Assembly (NCBI GenBank): GCA_963804955.1 | Contig: CAWDSQ010000024.1 | Span: forward strand, 1 to 64,000 | Source of the DNA: an uncultured delta proteobacterium | GTDB lineage: Bacteria > Desulfobacterota > WTBG01 > CAIYCZ01 > CAIRTM01 | Direction: 5' to 3' | Length of the DNA stretch: 64,000 bases | In this document: one piece after another, positions 21,162 to 32,239 of the stretch | How the letters are laid out: every line of letters begins with the position of its first letter | Position numbering within the stretch: position 1 is the stretch's first letter | The notes under the pieces: generated by a model | What the model was told of the DNA's origin: nothing | Seen by the model: the letters and a program-made list of their open reading frames with translations, nothing else | Databases searched by the model: none | Made by a program: the position numbers and the translations under genes

Positions 21162-21944
21162 ATGAAAGTGCCTGCTAAGATATCAGCTCTTTTAATACCT
21201 GCAATAATCCTATTTTCCATTCTGACAGGCTGTGCCACGCAGCAGAAGGTCACTTCAAAACCTAAAAAGACTATTGCACCCAGGACTGTCGCCCATGATA
21301 TTTCCGGAGAATGGCAGGTTGTTGATTCTACCGCCAGGTTCAAAATATCTATCACGGATGGAGATATTCATATCGAGGGATGGGATAGCAGCAATGGAGA
21401 AAAATTCAGAATTTCGGATGTGCAATGGAATGGAAAAAGACTAAGCGGAATCTTTGTAATTCCTTCAAAAAACGGCACAACATACGCGAACCTCGTTTTG
21501 ATTGATACCAACACTCTTAAGGGTACGTATAAGGGAGGGGACAGTTCCGGCGAAGAAGTGTGGAAGCGGCAGTCAATAATCGCGCCTTCCACTCTGACAG
21601 GCAGTGCCATGCAGCAAAAGATCGACACACAACCTTCAGAGACTATTTCACCCAAGACCGCCGGACAGGATATTTCCGGAGAATGGCAAATTGTTGATTC
21701 TACCGCCAGGTTCAAAATATCTTTCGTGGATGGAGTTATTCATATCGAGGGTTGGGATACCAGCGATGGAGAAAAATTCAGAATCTCGGATGTGCAATGG
21801 AATGGTAAAAGACTAAGCGGGATTTTTGTAATGCCTTCAACGAACGGCACAACATACTCGGACCTCGTATTGATTGATGCAAACACTTTTAAAGGTACGT
21901 ACAAGGGGGATAGTTCTGGAGAGGAAGTGTGGAAGCGGCAATGA
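21162..21944 (+). CDS. Lipoprotein with two near-identical ~90-aa beta-rich domains
   Basis: LTGC lipobox; DISGEWQ..EEVWKRQ occurs twice (DNA repeats 21297-21571 and 21669-21940). Confidence 0.8.
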   Translation: MKVPAKISALLIPAIILFSILTGCATQQKVTSKPKKTIAPRTVAHDISGEWQVVDSTARFKISITDGDIHIEGWDSSNGEKFRISDVQWNGKRLSGIFVIPSKNGTTYANLVLIDTNTLKGTYKGGDSSGEEVWKRQSIIAPSTLTGSAMQQKIDTQPSETISPKTAGQDISGEWQIVDSTARFKISFVDGVIHIEGWDTSDGEKFRISDVQWNGKRLSGIFVMPSTNGTTYSDLVLIDANTFKGTYKGDSSGEEVWKRQ

Positions 21945-22070
21945 TTTCATTCTCTTTGGTATGATGTATGTATAACTCAAGAACATGAAATAGAGATGCT
22001 GCACCCAGCCTGCCGCTGCACCACCCGGCTCGCCGCTGATTATAACGTTATGCCGTTGAAAGGAAAAACC

Positions 22071-22430
22071 ATGAAATACCTATGTATCGTATTCCTTATA
22101 TCATGTATGATCATCTCATGTGGCAAGGGAGGAGTTGATGAAAAAAAAATTGTCATCGATGAAACCAGTAAAATAATTGATGTGAGGACAGAACAGGAAT
22201 ATAAAGAAGGCCATTTGAAAAACTCAATAAATATACCGCATGTTGAAATAAAAAATAAAATCAATGAACAGGTAAAAGACAAAGATCAAAAGATTATTTT
22301 GTATTGTCGCAGTGGAAGAAGGTCCGGTATTGCAGAGAAAATTCTAAAAGAAATGGGTTATAAAAATGTTGTTAATGCAGGCTCTTATGAAAAACTGAAG
22401 AAAATGGAAAACGGAGAGCAAAAAGAATAA
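22071..22430 (+). CDS. Rhodanese-domain (PspE-like) lipoprotein
   Basis: IISC lipobox-like; IDVRT.EY..GH, LYCRSGRRS. Confidence 0.85.
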   Translation: MKYLCIVFLISCMIISCGKGGVDEKKIVIDETSKIIDVRTEQEYKEGHLKNSINIPHVEIKNKINEQVKDKDQKIILYCRSGRRSGIAEKILKEMGYKNVVNAGSYEKLKKMENGEQKE

Positions 22431-22669
22431 AGTTTCATAAGCACCTGTGCACAGGACTCGCATATACCCACCCGCGCCCGTGAGCAGCACATTAGCTGAT
22501 CCACACGGTTTTGATATTTACAAATTCCTTAATCCCGTAATGTGACAGCTCAAAAAGAATCACTGTACCTATGCTTCATGCCGGTGCTTTTCATCCAGGT
22601 AGGAAAAAAATTAATTTTATGGTACTGTTGTAGAACTTATTTAAATAGTTTCAGCCACAAGGATGAAAA

Positions 22670-23116
22670 ATGGAATCTTTTTTGAAACGTGCGTACGGAT
22701 TTGACAAATCAAAAATAGAAAACAGGAAACATCTCCGCTTTCCATTATCCCTTCGTGCGGAGTGCCTTTACAAGGCAGGTGAAAACGCGCAGGAATGCAG
22801 AATAGTTGATATATGCCAGCAGGGTCTAGGATTTGAACTGGATAGTCAGATAGGCATCAGCTATGGACAGACTGTGCTGCTTACCATATTTCCTCCCGAC
22901 AGAAAAATACCGGTAAACGCTATCGTAAAACTGCAATGGGCTAAAATCCCCACTGAAGGAGTTCTGAAACAGCGGGTAGGCAGCCGTCTTCTTTTTATGG
23001 ATCCAAAGGAAAAAGCGCACCTGCTGCTGCAAGCCTATGCCATGAAACTTGCGAGCATGTCTAAAAACAATTTTGCTCTACGAAGCATGGCTCTTCGCTA
23101 TCCAAAGTTTCAATAA
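22670..23116 (+). CDS. PilZ-domain protein
   Basis: ENRKHLRFP (RxxxR) and DICQQG (DxSxxG variant). Confidence 0.75.
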   Translation: MESFLKRAYGFDKSKIENRKHLRFPLSLRAECLYKAGENAQECRIVDICQQGLGFELDSQIGISYGQTVLLTIFPPDRKIPVNAIVKLQWAKIPTEGVLKQRVGSRLLFMDPKEKAHLLLQAYAMKLASMSKNNFALRSMALRYPKFQ

Positions 23117-23194
23117 ATGGAACTACGGCACCTGTATTTTTGATCATGTGCTGCAAAAGGTTTTTATATCTGCTTTCCACCATTGGAACGGTGA

Positions 23195-23350
23195 AACTCC
23201 CCGCAGAAAGCTGCGGGGTATCCTTGTAGATCGCCACGGCCTGTCGGCCTCGGGATGACATCCTCTTCTTTGTGCGAGGAGCTTGGCGACGCAGCAATCT
23301 CTAAAAAGTACTGTAACACGAATTTTTCAATCGCAGCAAGCTGCGGGGAA
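23195..23350. repeat. REP/MITE-like element related to the 17.2-kb cluster
   Basis: CCCCGCAGAAAGCTGCGGGG palindrome, AGATCGCCACGGCCTGTCGGCCTCGGGATGAC, GCAATCTC. Confidence 0.65.
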
Positions 23351-23388
23351 TGTACCCACAAGAGATTAAACACAAAACAGGTGTTCCC

Positions 23389-23877
23389 TTGCTTCACATT
23401 TTTGTTGATGCCGATGCCTGCCCGGTGAAGGATGAAGTGTACCGCGTGGCGCAGCGCTACGGCCTTGCGGTAACGCTGGTGGCAAACTCCCGGATGCGCG
23501 TTCCCAAAGATGAATTAATACAGCTTGAAGTCGTGCCGGGCGGATTCGATGCAGCCGATGACTGGATAGCCGGACATGCAGGCCTTGATGATATCGTCAT
23601 TACGGCAGACATTCCGCTTGCCGCCCGATGCCTGGCAAAAGGCGCCTGTATTCTTGGCTCGTCCGGCAGGCCCTTTACAGAAGATAATATCGGGTCCGCG
23701 CTGGCAACACGGGAATTGCTCTCGGGGCTTCGAGACCTGGGTGAGATCGGCGGCGGTCCGCCGCCCTTCAGCAAACGCGACCGCTCTCAATTCCTGCAGG
23801 AGCTTGACAAGATGATACAGGCCATCCGGAGGAAGCAGGGATATATGCAGCATATGTGGCAAGACCGTTCGTGGTGA
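23389..23877 (+). CDS. YaiI/YqxD (DUF188) family protein
   Basis: IFVDADACPVKDE, DAADDWI, ITADIPLAA. Confidence 0.9.
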   Translation: MLHIFVDADACPVKDEVYRVAQRYGLAVTLVANSRMRVPKDELIQLEVVPGGFDAADDWIAGHAGLDDIVITADIPLAARCLAKGACILGSSGRPFTEDNIGSALATRELLSGLRDLGEIGGGPPPFSKRDRSQFLQELDKMIQAIRRKQGYMQHMWQDRSW

Positions 23878-23945
23878 GTCCTGTGCTTGACGAAGTGTCG
23901 AGCCATGTACTGAAAGCAGCCCTTCGACAGGCTCAGGGTGAACGG
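23864..23945. repeat. REP doublet (CCGTTC..CTGAG..GTCGAA family)
   Basis: CCGTTCGTGGTGAG...CCCTTCGACAGGCTCAGGGTGAACGG. Confidence 0.6.
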
Positions 23946-24052
23946 ATACAATTTTCGTTTTTGCAATTTTTCTATGAAGGATACTGTCTTTAGAAAAATG
24001 CACCCCGAAAAAAATTTCCCGATTAAAAAAATTTGTTTGCTTCTATAAAAGG

Positions 24053-24700
24053 ATGACTGCCATGGACGTTCTGCTGAACGAAACAGAAGTGCGGGTGCTC
24101 GGGTGCCTGATCGAGAAGGAATTCTCAACCCCGGAATACTACCCCCTGTCGCTCAATGCTTTGGTCAATGCATGCAATCAAAAGTCAAACCGCGATCCGG
24201 TAGTGAGCTATGACGAAGAAGCCGTCTTGCAGGCCCTTGCCGGGCTTAAGCAAAAGCAGCTGGTATTTCAGAGCAATGCCGCACGGGTTGCAAAATACGA
24301 AGAGACCTTTTTAAACGCACACAACTTCATCGGCAGTGAAGCCTCCGTGCTCTGTGAGCTTATGGTGCGCGGAGCGCAGACGCCGGGAGAGCTGCGCACC
24401 AGAACCGGGCGGCTGCATGATTTTAAAAGCCCTGAAGAGTTTCATGAAGCACTCAATAAACTTGAATCCTACGGCTATGCCGTCAAGCTTGAACGCCAGC
24501 CCGGCCGCAAGGAGTCGCGCTACATGCATGTGCTGTGCGGCAAGGCGGTTGTTGAGGAAAATGATGCCGCAGCAGGGCCTGAACATGAAGTGCCGGCTGC
24601 CGAAAGGATAGCTGGACTTGAAGAAAAAATTGATAGCCTGCAGCAGGAACTGCTGGAGCTGAAACAGGCTTTTCTTGAATTTAAGCGGCAGTTCGAATAA
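24053..24700 (+). CDS. YceH (DUF480) family protein
   Basis: EVRVLGCLIEK..TPEYYPLSLNAL..ACNQKSNRDPV, RGAQTPGELR. Confidence 0.9.
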   Translation: MTAMDVLLNETEVRVLGCLIEKEFSTPEYYPLSLNALVNACNQKSNRDPVVSYDEEAVLQALAGLKQKQLVFQSNAARVAKYEETFLNAHNFIGSEASVLCELMVRGAQTPGELRTRTGRLHDFKSPEEFHEALNKLESYGYAVKLERQPGRKESRYMHVLCGKAVVEENDAAAGPEHEVPAAERIAGLEEKIDSLQQELLELKQAFLEFKRQFE

Positions 24701-24909
24701 AAAATTTCGCCGCAAGCAGCGGCAGAGTAACATTTTTCGTCATGCCGGAATCAGATCCAGCAGCCGGCCAGCTTTCTCTGGAGTGCGGCTTGCGCCTGAA
24801 TAACAGGATGCGCGGCGAGCCCGCAAGATATTGAATCTAAAGTAAATAAAAAAACTTATTAATCAAATAGTTAGATTAAAAATCTTCAGCTTTTACTTCG
24901 GTTATTCCT

Positions 24910-25711
24910 TCAGCTTTTCCGCCCGTTTTTCCCCCTCGCCGGTGAGGATGAACCCAGATCTACAACTTTTTCCAGACCTTTCCCCTCCGGCAATGACGCA
25001 GCGCGGCCGGCAAGTTCCCGAAGTATTGGCGCGGCATTGCCGACAAGGGGCTCTCCATGTCCGAAGAAGCACTTGTCAGCGTCGAGCTGGGCAAGGCGCT
25101 GCGCCGAGCGGAGCGCCCTGGCATAATCGGAGCATCCTGCACGCAGGGGCAGCCCGGGGCTCGGCGTACCGGTGAGTGCATCGCCGGTAAAAACGGCTTT
25201 TTTTGCAGGAAAATAAAAGCTGAGGCTGCCCGGCGAATGGCCCGGCGTGGCAATAATGTGAATCCCCTCAATGCGCCCGATTCCGTCAGCGTCGCTATAG
25301 GCGCTGTAGAGCTGCACAGGAACATATTTTTTCACAAATTTTTCCATAACAAACAGCATGCACTTAAACACCTTGCCGCCCAGCCCTTCCCGGCGCATGC
25401 TGCACAGAAGCCTCCTGCCCTCAATATGGTCTTTTTCCTGCACGCTTGCAATGACTCTGGCGTCGGTTGCACCCTTTACTGCTGCGAGGGCCCCCACATG
25501 GTCAAGGTGGGCATGAGTTATGAGAATCATGCGCAGATTGCGCGAGTGGACGCCCCAGTTCATTCAGAGCCTGGAGTATGACAGTTTCATCGCCGGGCAT
25601 GCCCGTATCGATAAGCACAGGATCAGGGTCGGTAACCAGATAGATGTTTGAACGGCTGCCGCGTATTCGGTATATGCCTTCACAAACCTTCTGATACAAA
25701 GCCATAAGCAT
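24910..25711 (-). CDS. MBL-fold metallo-hydrolase (frameshifted)
   Basis: LIDTG in ORF 25502-25711; THAHLDHVG, TPGHSPG, TGD, GHG in ORF 24910-25563. Confidence 0.85.
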
Positions 25712-25816
25712 CTCCCTGCAGGTATTTAAAAATTTAAATTTTAAACTTTACTCTGTAAAATTTCTAAAAATTCCTCTATACTACATTTAAAAACACCTAC
25801 TCACAGGAGGCACTCT

Positions 25817-26182
25817 ATGGGGGCAGAACGCCGCACTCACACCCGCGTTCCGGCAATGTTTGATGCCAGCATTATTCTCGACAGACAGGAAATACCGGTA
25901 AAAACATGGAACCTGAGCCTCCGGGGCATGGAATGCTCCACCGACAGCAGACTTCGTGAAGGAAAAACCTGCATCATACAATTTATACTGAGCCCCGAGG
26001 TTCGTTTCGTTATACAGGGAAAAGTGGTGCGGGCAGGCACCAAAGAAACGGGCATCTATTTCAAAACAATGGACGAAGACAGCTTCTTTCATCTCAAACG
26101 CCTTGTGCAGTACAATGCTGCTAATCCTGAAATGATAGAGGATGAATGCGCAGCACCGTTTCACCGGCAGGACACCATATAA
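25817..26182 (+). CDS. PilZ-domain protein
   Basis: ERRTHTRV and NLSLRG motifs; AGGAGG RBS. Confidence 0.85.
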   Translation: MGAERRTHTRVPAMFDASIILDRQEIPVKTWNLSLRGMECSTDSRLREGKTCIIQFILSPEVRFVIQGKVVRAGTKETGIYFKTMDEDSFFHLKRLVQYNAANPEMIEDECAAPFHRQDTI

Positions 26183-26204
26183 GCAATCCTGACAGTGCTT
26201 GTAA

Positions 26205-26920
26205 TCAAACAGCCGATGCTGTTTTTGAAAGCTCCCGGACAATCATCCGCATATCGTCCCGTGTCTCACGCTTCCTGTGCTCGTGCACGCGGAGAAAAGC
26301 AGGATCATGGGTCGGCATTACGAGCATGCCGCCCGCACGATAAAAACGGCCCCGCAGATCGTCAAGCGTTCGTTCCGGTCCCAGCAGAGCCTGCGCAGCA
26401 ACCTGCCCCAGAGCGCAGACAATAGCAGGCCCGATTGCGGCCAGCTGCCTGTGCAGAAAAGGCAGGCAGGTAGAAATTTCTTCCTGCGCCGGAGCGCTGC
26501 CATCCGGTGGTGCGCATTTCACAAAGTGGTAAGATACACATCAGGACGCGTCAGGTTCAAAACGCGCGTGATGATTTTGGTAAGCATGTCACCCTCAGGG
26601 CCGCAAAAAGGCTCTCCCGCTGCGTCATCTGCCGGCAGTGGCGCCTCGCCGACAAAAACAAGGCGGGCATGCTGATTGCCCTGCCCGAACACAATCGAGG
26701 TTCTGTGGCTGCACAGGCCGCAGCGGGTGCAAGCGCCGAGGTCTGCCAGCACCTCCTCAAGAGATTCCCGTGAAACCGGCTCAGCTGCCGCTGCAGGCTG
26801 GCTGGCTGAAGGTAACGGGCTGACTATTCTGATGCCTGAACGCCGGGCAGACGACAGATGGGCTTTCATACTGCCAATAGCCTCTGCCGATCCGGCTGTA
26901 AATTGTTCAGGCTGGCTCAT
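26205..26920 (-). CDS. Family-4 uracil-DNA glycosylase (frameshift near 26520)
   Basis: CTRCGL..R..VFGQG..LVFVGEAP; KC.PP; C.PFL..QL; PTHDPA. Confidence 0.85.
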
Positions 26921-28137
26921 CGGGAATATCTTTCAGCTTTATTTTAATGCCGGCCAGGCAGTCAAGAATGCGATGGGCAAGATCCTGCTTGGTCATGGCG
27001 GGCACATCGACGGTTCCTCCGCCGGGCAGCAGCAGGGTTGCCTTGTTCATATCCGAGCCAAAGCCGCAGTCCATGAGGGTCACATCATTGGCGACGATCA
27101 GGTCGAGATTTTTGCGCTCAAGCTTGTCGCGGGCATTGGCAAGCACATCCTGCGTCTCAGCGGCAAAGCCCACAAGAATTCTCTTCCCCTTTTTATTGCC
27201 CAGATCCGCCAGAATATCGGTCGTGCGCTCCAGATCAATGCTCGGCGCGTCGTCATTTTTTTTCACCTTGTGCATGGCGACAACGCGCGGCCGGTAGTCT
27301 GCAACGGCCGCGGCCTTTATAATGATATCTGAAGCGGAAAAATGCTTGTCCACCGCAGCAGCCATTTCCTGGGCACTGCCCACGTGAACAGCATGCACAC
27401 CCCGGGGCACGGGCAAGCATGGTCGGGCCGGAAACCAGCACGACGTCGGCCCCCCGGTGCCGCAGTGCGCGCGCTATGGCATAGCCCATCTTGCCGCTGG
27501 AGGGGTTTGAAATAAAACGCACGGGGTCGATGAACTCCTGCGTTGGCCCTGCAGTCACAAGGGCTCTTGTGCCGGTAAAATCCGAGGGCGACAGCATCAG
27601 CTCGATCTCATCGACAATATCCGCGATATCGGCAAGCCTGCCTCTGCCGTAATCGCCGCAGGCAAGATCGCCCGAGCCCGGCTCAACAAAGCGGCGGCCC
27701 AAATCCTTGAGCATCTGCACATTGCGCACAACGGCCGGGTGCTCCCACATGCCTTCGTTCATGGCCGGGGCAAACAGCACGGGCTTGCGCGTGGCTATGC
27801 AGCACGGTGGATAAAATTTCGTCGGCAATGCCGTTGTGCTGCCTTGCCGATAATATTGGCGGTTGCCGGCGCAACCACCAGCAACATCGCCGCGCTGGGC
27901 CATGGTAATATGCCCGATTTTGCGCTCTTCATACAGCTTGAACAGCTCGGTTATGACGGGATTGCCCGTCAGTGTCTGAAATGTGAGGGGCGCCATAAAC
28001 TCCCGGGCGCTTTCTGTCATGACGACATGCACGTCGGCGCCCAGCTTGACAAGCTGGCGCACAAGCTCTGCTGCCTTATAGACGGCAATGCAGCCGGTGA
28101 CACCCAGTACGATTTTTTTATCCTGCACTACTGACAT
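26907..28137 (-). CDS. coaBC: Phosphopantothenoylcysteine decarboxylase/ligase (frameshifted)
   Basis: [50 protein letters not shown]. Confidence 0.92.
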
Positions 28138-28139
28138 GC

Positions 28140-28701
28140 TTATCCCTCAATTTTGGTTTCATTAACGATTCGCAGGCCGCGAACAACATACTGCATGCCC
28201 GAGGCAACGGTCAAAAAGCCGGTCACCCAGTACAGATACGTGAGCGCATCAGGATTGCGGTGCAGTATATCAAACAGGAGCCTTCCGCCGATCGTCGTCA
28301 GCTGAAACACCGTGGTGCACTTGCTCACAACGCTCGGCCTGATTTCAACCCGCACCGATACCAGCTGCAGTATCAAAATGCCCATGGCGATAATGACATC
28401 ACGGCTCACAACAAGAATGCTGAGCCACTTCGGGAATAAGCCCCAGCAGCGCAAAGGCGACAAAGGAGCTGGTCAGGAGCAGCTTGTCTGCGATGGGGTC
28501 CAGATAGGCTCCCACCATGGTTTTCTGCTTGAACCGGCGGGCGATAAAGCCGTCAAGGCCGTCTGAAATAGCCGCGCATACAAAGACGGTCAGCGCGGCT
28601 ACATGCTCATCGTAGCTGAGCAGAATTATCAGCAGCGGAATCGACATGATCCGCGATATGGAAAGAAAGTTGGGAACGTTTATATACATGGCGTCCTTCA
28701 T
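28140..28701 (-). CDS. pgsA: CDP-alcohol phosphatidyltransferase (frameshifted)
   Basis: PNFLS.SR, SDGLDGFIAR...GAYLDPIADK. Confidence 0.8.
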
Positions 28702-29910
28702 CGACGTTTGATCGGCGTGATGCGCACATCAAGCACATTGTCATGCACCGATGTAATTCTGGTTATATACCCTGCCACGCCCGAACCGAACATTTTCTGC
28801 AAAATCGCTGCAGTATCGGCCTGGCAGGTGACGCGGGCTGTCCAGCTCTGCCTGCCGTCTCCCGGCTCAAGTTCGGTAAGCTCCAGCCCCGGCAATACCT
28901 GCGCAAATGCGCGCATGCAGTCACGAACCTCGGCAGCGGACACAGCTTTGCTGAAGCGAAGCTTAAACACATACTGGCGCGCCTGCCGCAGCTGCTGATA
29001 CAGCCGCTCGGTAATCTGATCGGCAAGCTGGCGCGAAGCTTTCTGCATGGCATCGCGGCAGGCTTCAGCTTCATCAACATGGGCTCCCAGCCCCTGCGTC
29101 ACGGCCTGCAGCACAACCTCCTGGCTGCGAGACGTCGATCGCGCTGGCCGTAATATCGCACTGCACATTCTGCACGCTTACAAGACGCGTGCCTTTGGCG
29201 CGCGTGAGGGCGGCCCGCACAAGCACCACCATCTGGGCTTCGGTTTGAGCGGCAAGCCGGCAGATCAGCTTCAGTATCCGGTGCGGCAGTGCCCGAAACC
29301 GGGCTGAAGGCTTCTTTCAGCGGCGGCTCAAAAGGCGAAATAATGCGCGTCTCCTTGTCGGCAAAAGCAGCTTCCACCGCCTGCTGAAGGGGAAACTCAG
29401 CAGGGGCGTGTCCCGGCGCCGGCAGACCACCAGTACAGCTCCTGCTGTGCATCAAGGCCCTTTCTCAGCAGCCATGACAAGCAGCGAAACCGCTTTGTTC
29501 TCAGCCATGCTTCACAAGCCCCATGCCCGAAAGCTCCTGCCGCACTCCGATCAAGCTGCACTGCAGCCTGCACGGTAACCTGATACTGATCGGGCAGCGC
29601 ATTTTCACCGGTCACTCTGAAGCTCTGCAGGTACCGCTCGGGCTGCGCGGCAAAACGGGCTATGATGCGCGAGCTGTGAGCGGCGAACAGTGTCGGCAGG
29701 CAGCAGAGAGTTTACGGCGTCGATAACGGCCTTGAGCTGGGCGTCTGCCAAGCGCGCTCTGCCGGGCGCCGGGGATATCGCCTCCGGAAATACGTTGCAA
29801 TGCCGCGTCCCGTGAAGCCGTCAACGGCTGTCTTCTCCTGGGCGCCGGCTCGCACAGCACAGGAACAGGCAAAAACATACTGCTGCAATACTGCATTCAA
29901 CTAATCGCAT
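28698..29910 (-). CDS. Secreted hypothetical protein (several frameshifts)
   Basis: Chain of overlapping minus-strand ORFs filling the gap between hflX and pgsA; signal-like MRLVECSIAAVCFCLFLCC after GAGG RBS. Confidence 0.45.
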
Positions 29911-29920
29911 GCATGTTCCT

Positions 29921-31208
29921 CTAGTTCTCCCCGTGGCGAAACGACGGCACGGCAAACCGCCGGAGATTATAGGCAATCGTGGAATCGATGCGCGCCTCAA
30001 TAAGCACGTCTCCCTCATCACAGGCGCTGTACAAAACGGTTCCGCTCATCATGATGCGGTCTATGGCGCTTTTTTCCGTCGCCGGCAGCCTGAAATACAT
30101 ATGCGGAACCCTTTGGGCAAGCCAGCGGTCGAGCAGGCTGCGCAAGCTGTCTATTCCCTGTCCGGTACGGGCAGACACCGCGGCAGCGGGCTCAAACCTT
30201 CGCGTCAGCTGCCTGACAACTCCCGGGTCTTCTACAGCATCTATTTTATTGAGAACAAAAATAGTCTCCCTGTCGCGGGCGCCGATTTCTTCAAGCACAC
30301 GGTCAACCGCCGCAGCCTGCTCCTCTGCGCAGGGGCTTGTGCAGTCTATCACATGCAGCAGCAGCTGCGCCTCCCGCACTTCTTCAAGCGTTGCTTTAAA
30401 AGCGGCAACAAGCTGGTGCGGGAGCCCCCTGATGAACCCGACGGTGTCGGACAGCAGCACAGCGCCACCGCCTGCAAGATGAATCTTGCGCGTTGTCGGG
30501 TCAAGCGTCGAAAAAAGCCTGTTTTCAGCCTTGACGTCTGAGCCGGCAAGCAGGTTCAGAAGCGTCGACTTGCCGGCATTTGTGTAGCCGACCAGGGCAG
30601 CGCACTGCGCGCTATGCCGGATACGGCTCTGTCGCTGCACCCTGCGGGCTGTTTCAACATGGCGCAGGTCGCGGCTGAGGCGCTGCATGCGATCCTTGAT
30701 CGTGCGGCGGTCAACCTCAAGCTGCGTTTCACCGGGACCCCGTGTGCCGATGCCTCCGCCCGAGGCGCGACATCTGTATGCCCCGGCCCTTGAGCCTGGG
30801 CATCAGGTAGCCCAGCTGGGCGAGCTCAATCTGCAGCTTGCCTTCCCGTGAGCGGGCCCGCTGAGCAAAAATATCCAGTATCAGCGCTGTGCGATCAATG
30901 ACTTTCACCTCTAAAAAGTCCTCGAGGTTGCGCTGCTGGGCAGGCGTCAGCTCGGCGTCAAAAATGACAAAATCAGCAGCATCCTGCACCACCTGCGCCT
31001 TCAGGGCCTCAAGCCTGCCTGCGGTAATAAAAAAGGCCGGGTCACAGGTTCTGCACGTGTAGGCAATGCTTCCGGCTATTTCAGCGCCTGCCGACCGGGC
31101 AAGGCTCTCAAGCTCTTCCTGCAGGGCGCACAGCCCGGCCGTTCCTGCGCTTTTTTGCTTCAAAACGATGAGCAGGGCTCTTTCTCTAACGACATGCCTG
31201 TAGCGCAA
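29921..31208 (-). CDS. hflX: GTPase HflX (frameshifted)
   Basis: DRTALILDIFAQRA.SREGKLQ; GYTNAGKST; LFSTLDPT; DTVGFI; NKID. Confidence 0.95.
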
Positions 31209-31302
31209 ATGTAAAGATGACCTCCCTGGCGCCCGGCACAGCGGTCGCAGCCAGCCGGGACATTCAATTAATTAGCAACTTTAAGCAAGATTCAAGAACT
31301 TT

Positions 31303-32217
31303 TTAGCATGGGCCTCGATATCCGGCGCCCCGGCAGGGCAGCTCAACCCATAGAGTATCACTATCATGGCGCAGCCAGGTAAGCTGCCTCTTGGCAAAAC
31401 GCCTGGTTTCCCGGTGTATACGGCTCACAGCCTCGGCAAGAGAAATCATGCCCCTGAGATACTGACCTATCTGCTTATAGCCGATGCTGCACAGGGGCCG
31501 GAGCTCCGGTCCATAGCCGAGAGCATAAAGCGTCTCAACTTCCCTGACAAGCCCCAGCTGCAGCATGCGCTCGACGCGCTGCCCGATCCGGCTGTACAGC
31601 TCATCCCGCTTTCTGGTCAGGCAGAGCTTCAGGCAGTCATACGGCTGGTCCTGAAATCCGTGCACCCTGTTGTGCTGCGTCATGGTTACAGCCGGTGAGC
31701 TGATACACCTCCAGTGCCCGAACAAGACGCACCGAATCGTTGGGGCTGATGGTTGACGCCGCTGCAGCATCAACCAGCTTCAATCTTTCATAGAGCTCTT
31801 TGTTGCCAAGGCTGCGAAGCTTCTCCCGCAGAGTTTCATCCGCCGGCGGCGCGCTTGAAAGGCCTTGTGTCAGGGCTCGCACATACAGGCCCGTGCCTCC
31901 CACTATAAGCGGCACCCTTCCCCGCATGGCGATATCTGCAATTATCCGCCTCGCCTCATGCATGAAGCGGGCTGCATTAAATTGTTCATCAGGGTTGACT
32001 ACTGGAAAAAAGATGATGCGGTATGTCCGACTGTTCCTGCAGCGTCGGCTTTGAGGTGCCGATATCCATATGGCGGTAAAACTGCATGGAATCGGCATTG
32101 ATGATTTCACCGGAAATCGCCCGGGCAAGGGCAAGCCCACACGTCTGTCTTGCCGACGCCCGTTGGACCCTGCACAACAATAATCTTTTGCCTGGCTGTA
32201 TCTTTTCCTGTTTTCAA
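31303..32217 (-). CDS. miaA: tRNA dimethylallyltransferase (frameshifted)
   Basis: [46 protein letters not shown]. Confidence 0.92.
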
Positions 32218-32239
32218 GGTGACGAGACTGGCTGTGTGC

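Larger units (their letters stand above)
18620..22497 (+). mobile_element. Eroded integron gene-cassette array (CALIN-like, no integrase in window)
   Basis: attC halves or remnants at 18620-18672, 19566-19590, 20867-20890, 21105-21125, 21970-22053 and 22435-22497, flanking short co-oriented ORFs. Confidence 0.6.

Noticed and set aside
26515..26525. In-frame TGA as selenocysteine in UDG (also at the hydB start)
   Set aside because: Homology continues in a different frame, so these are frameshifts and not read-through
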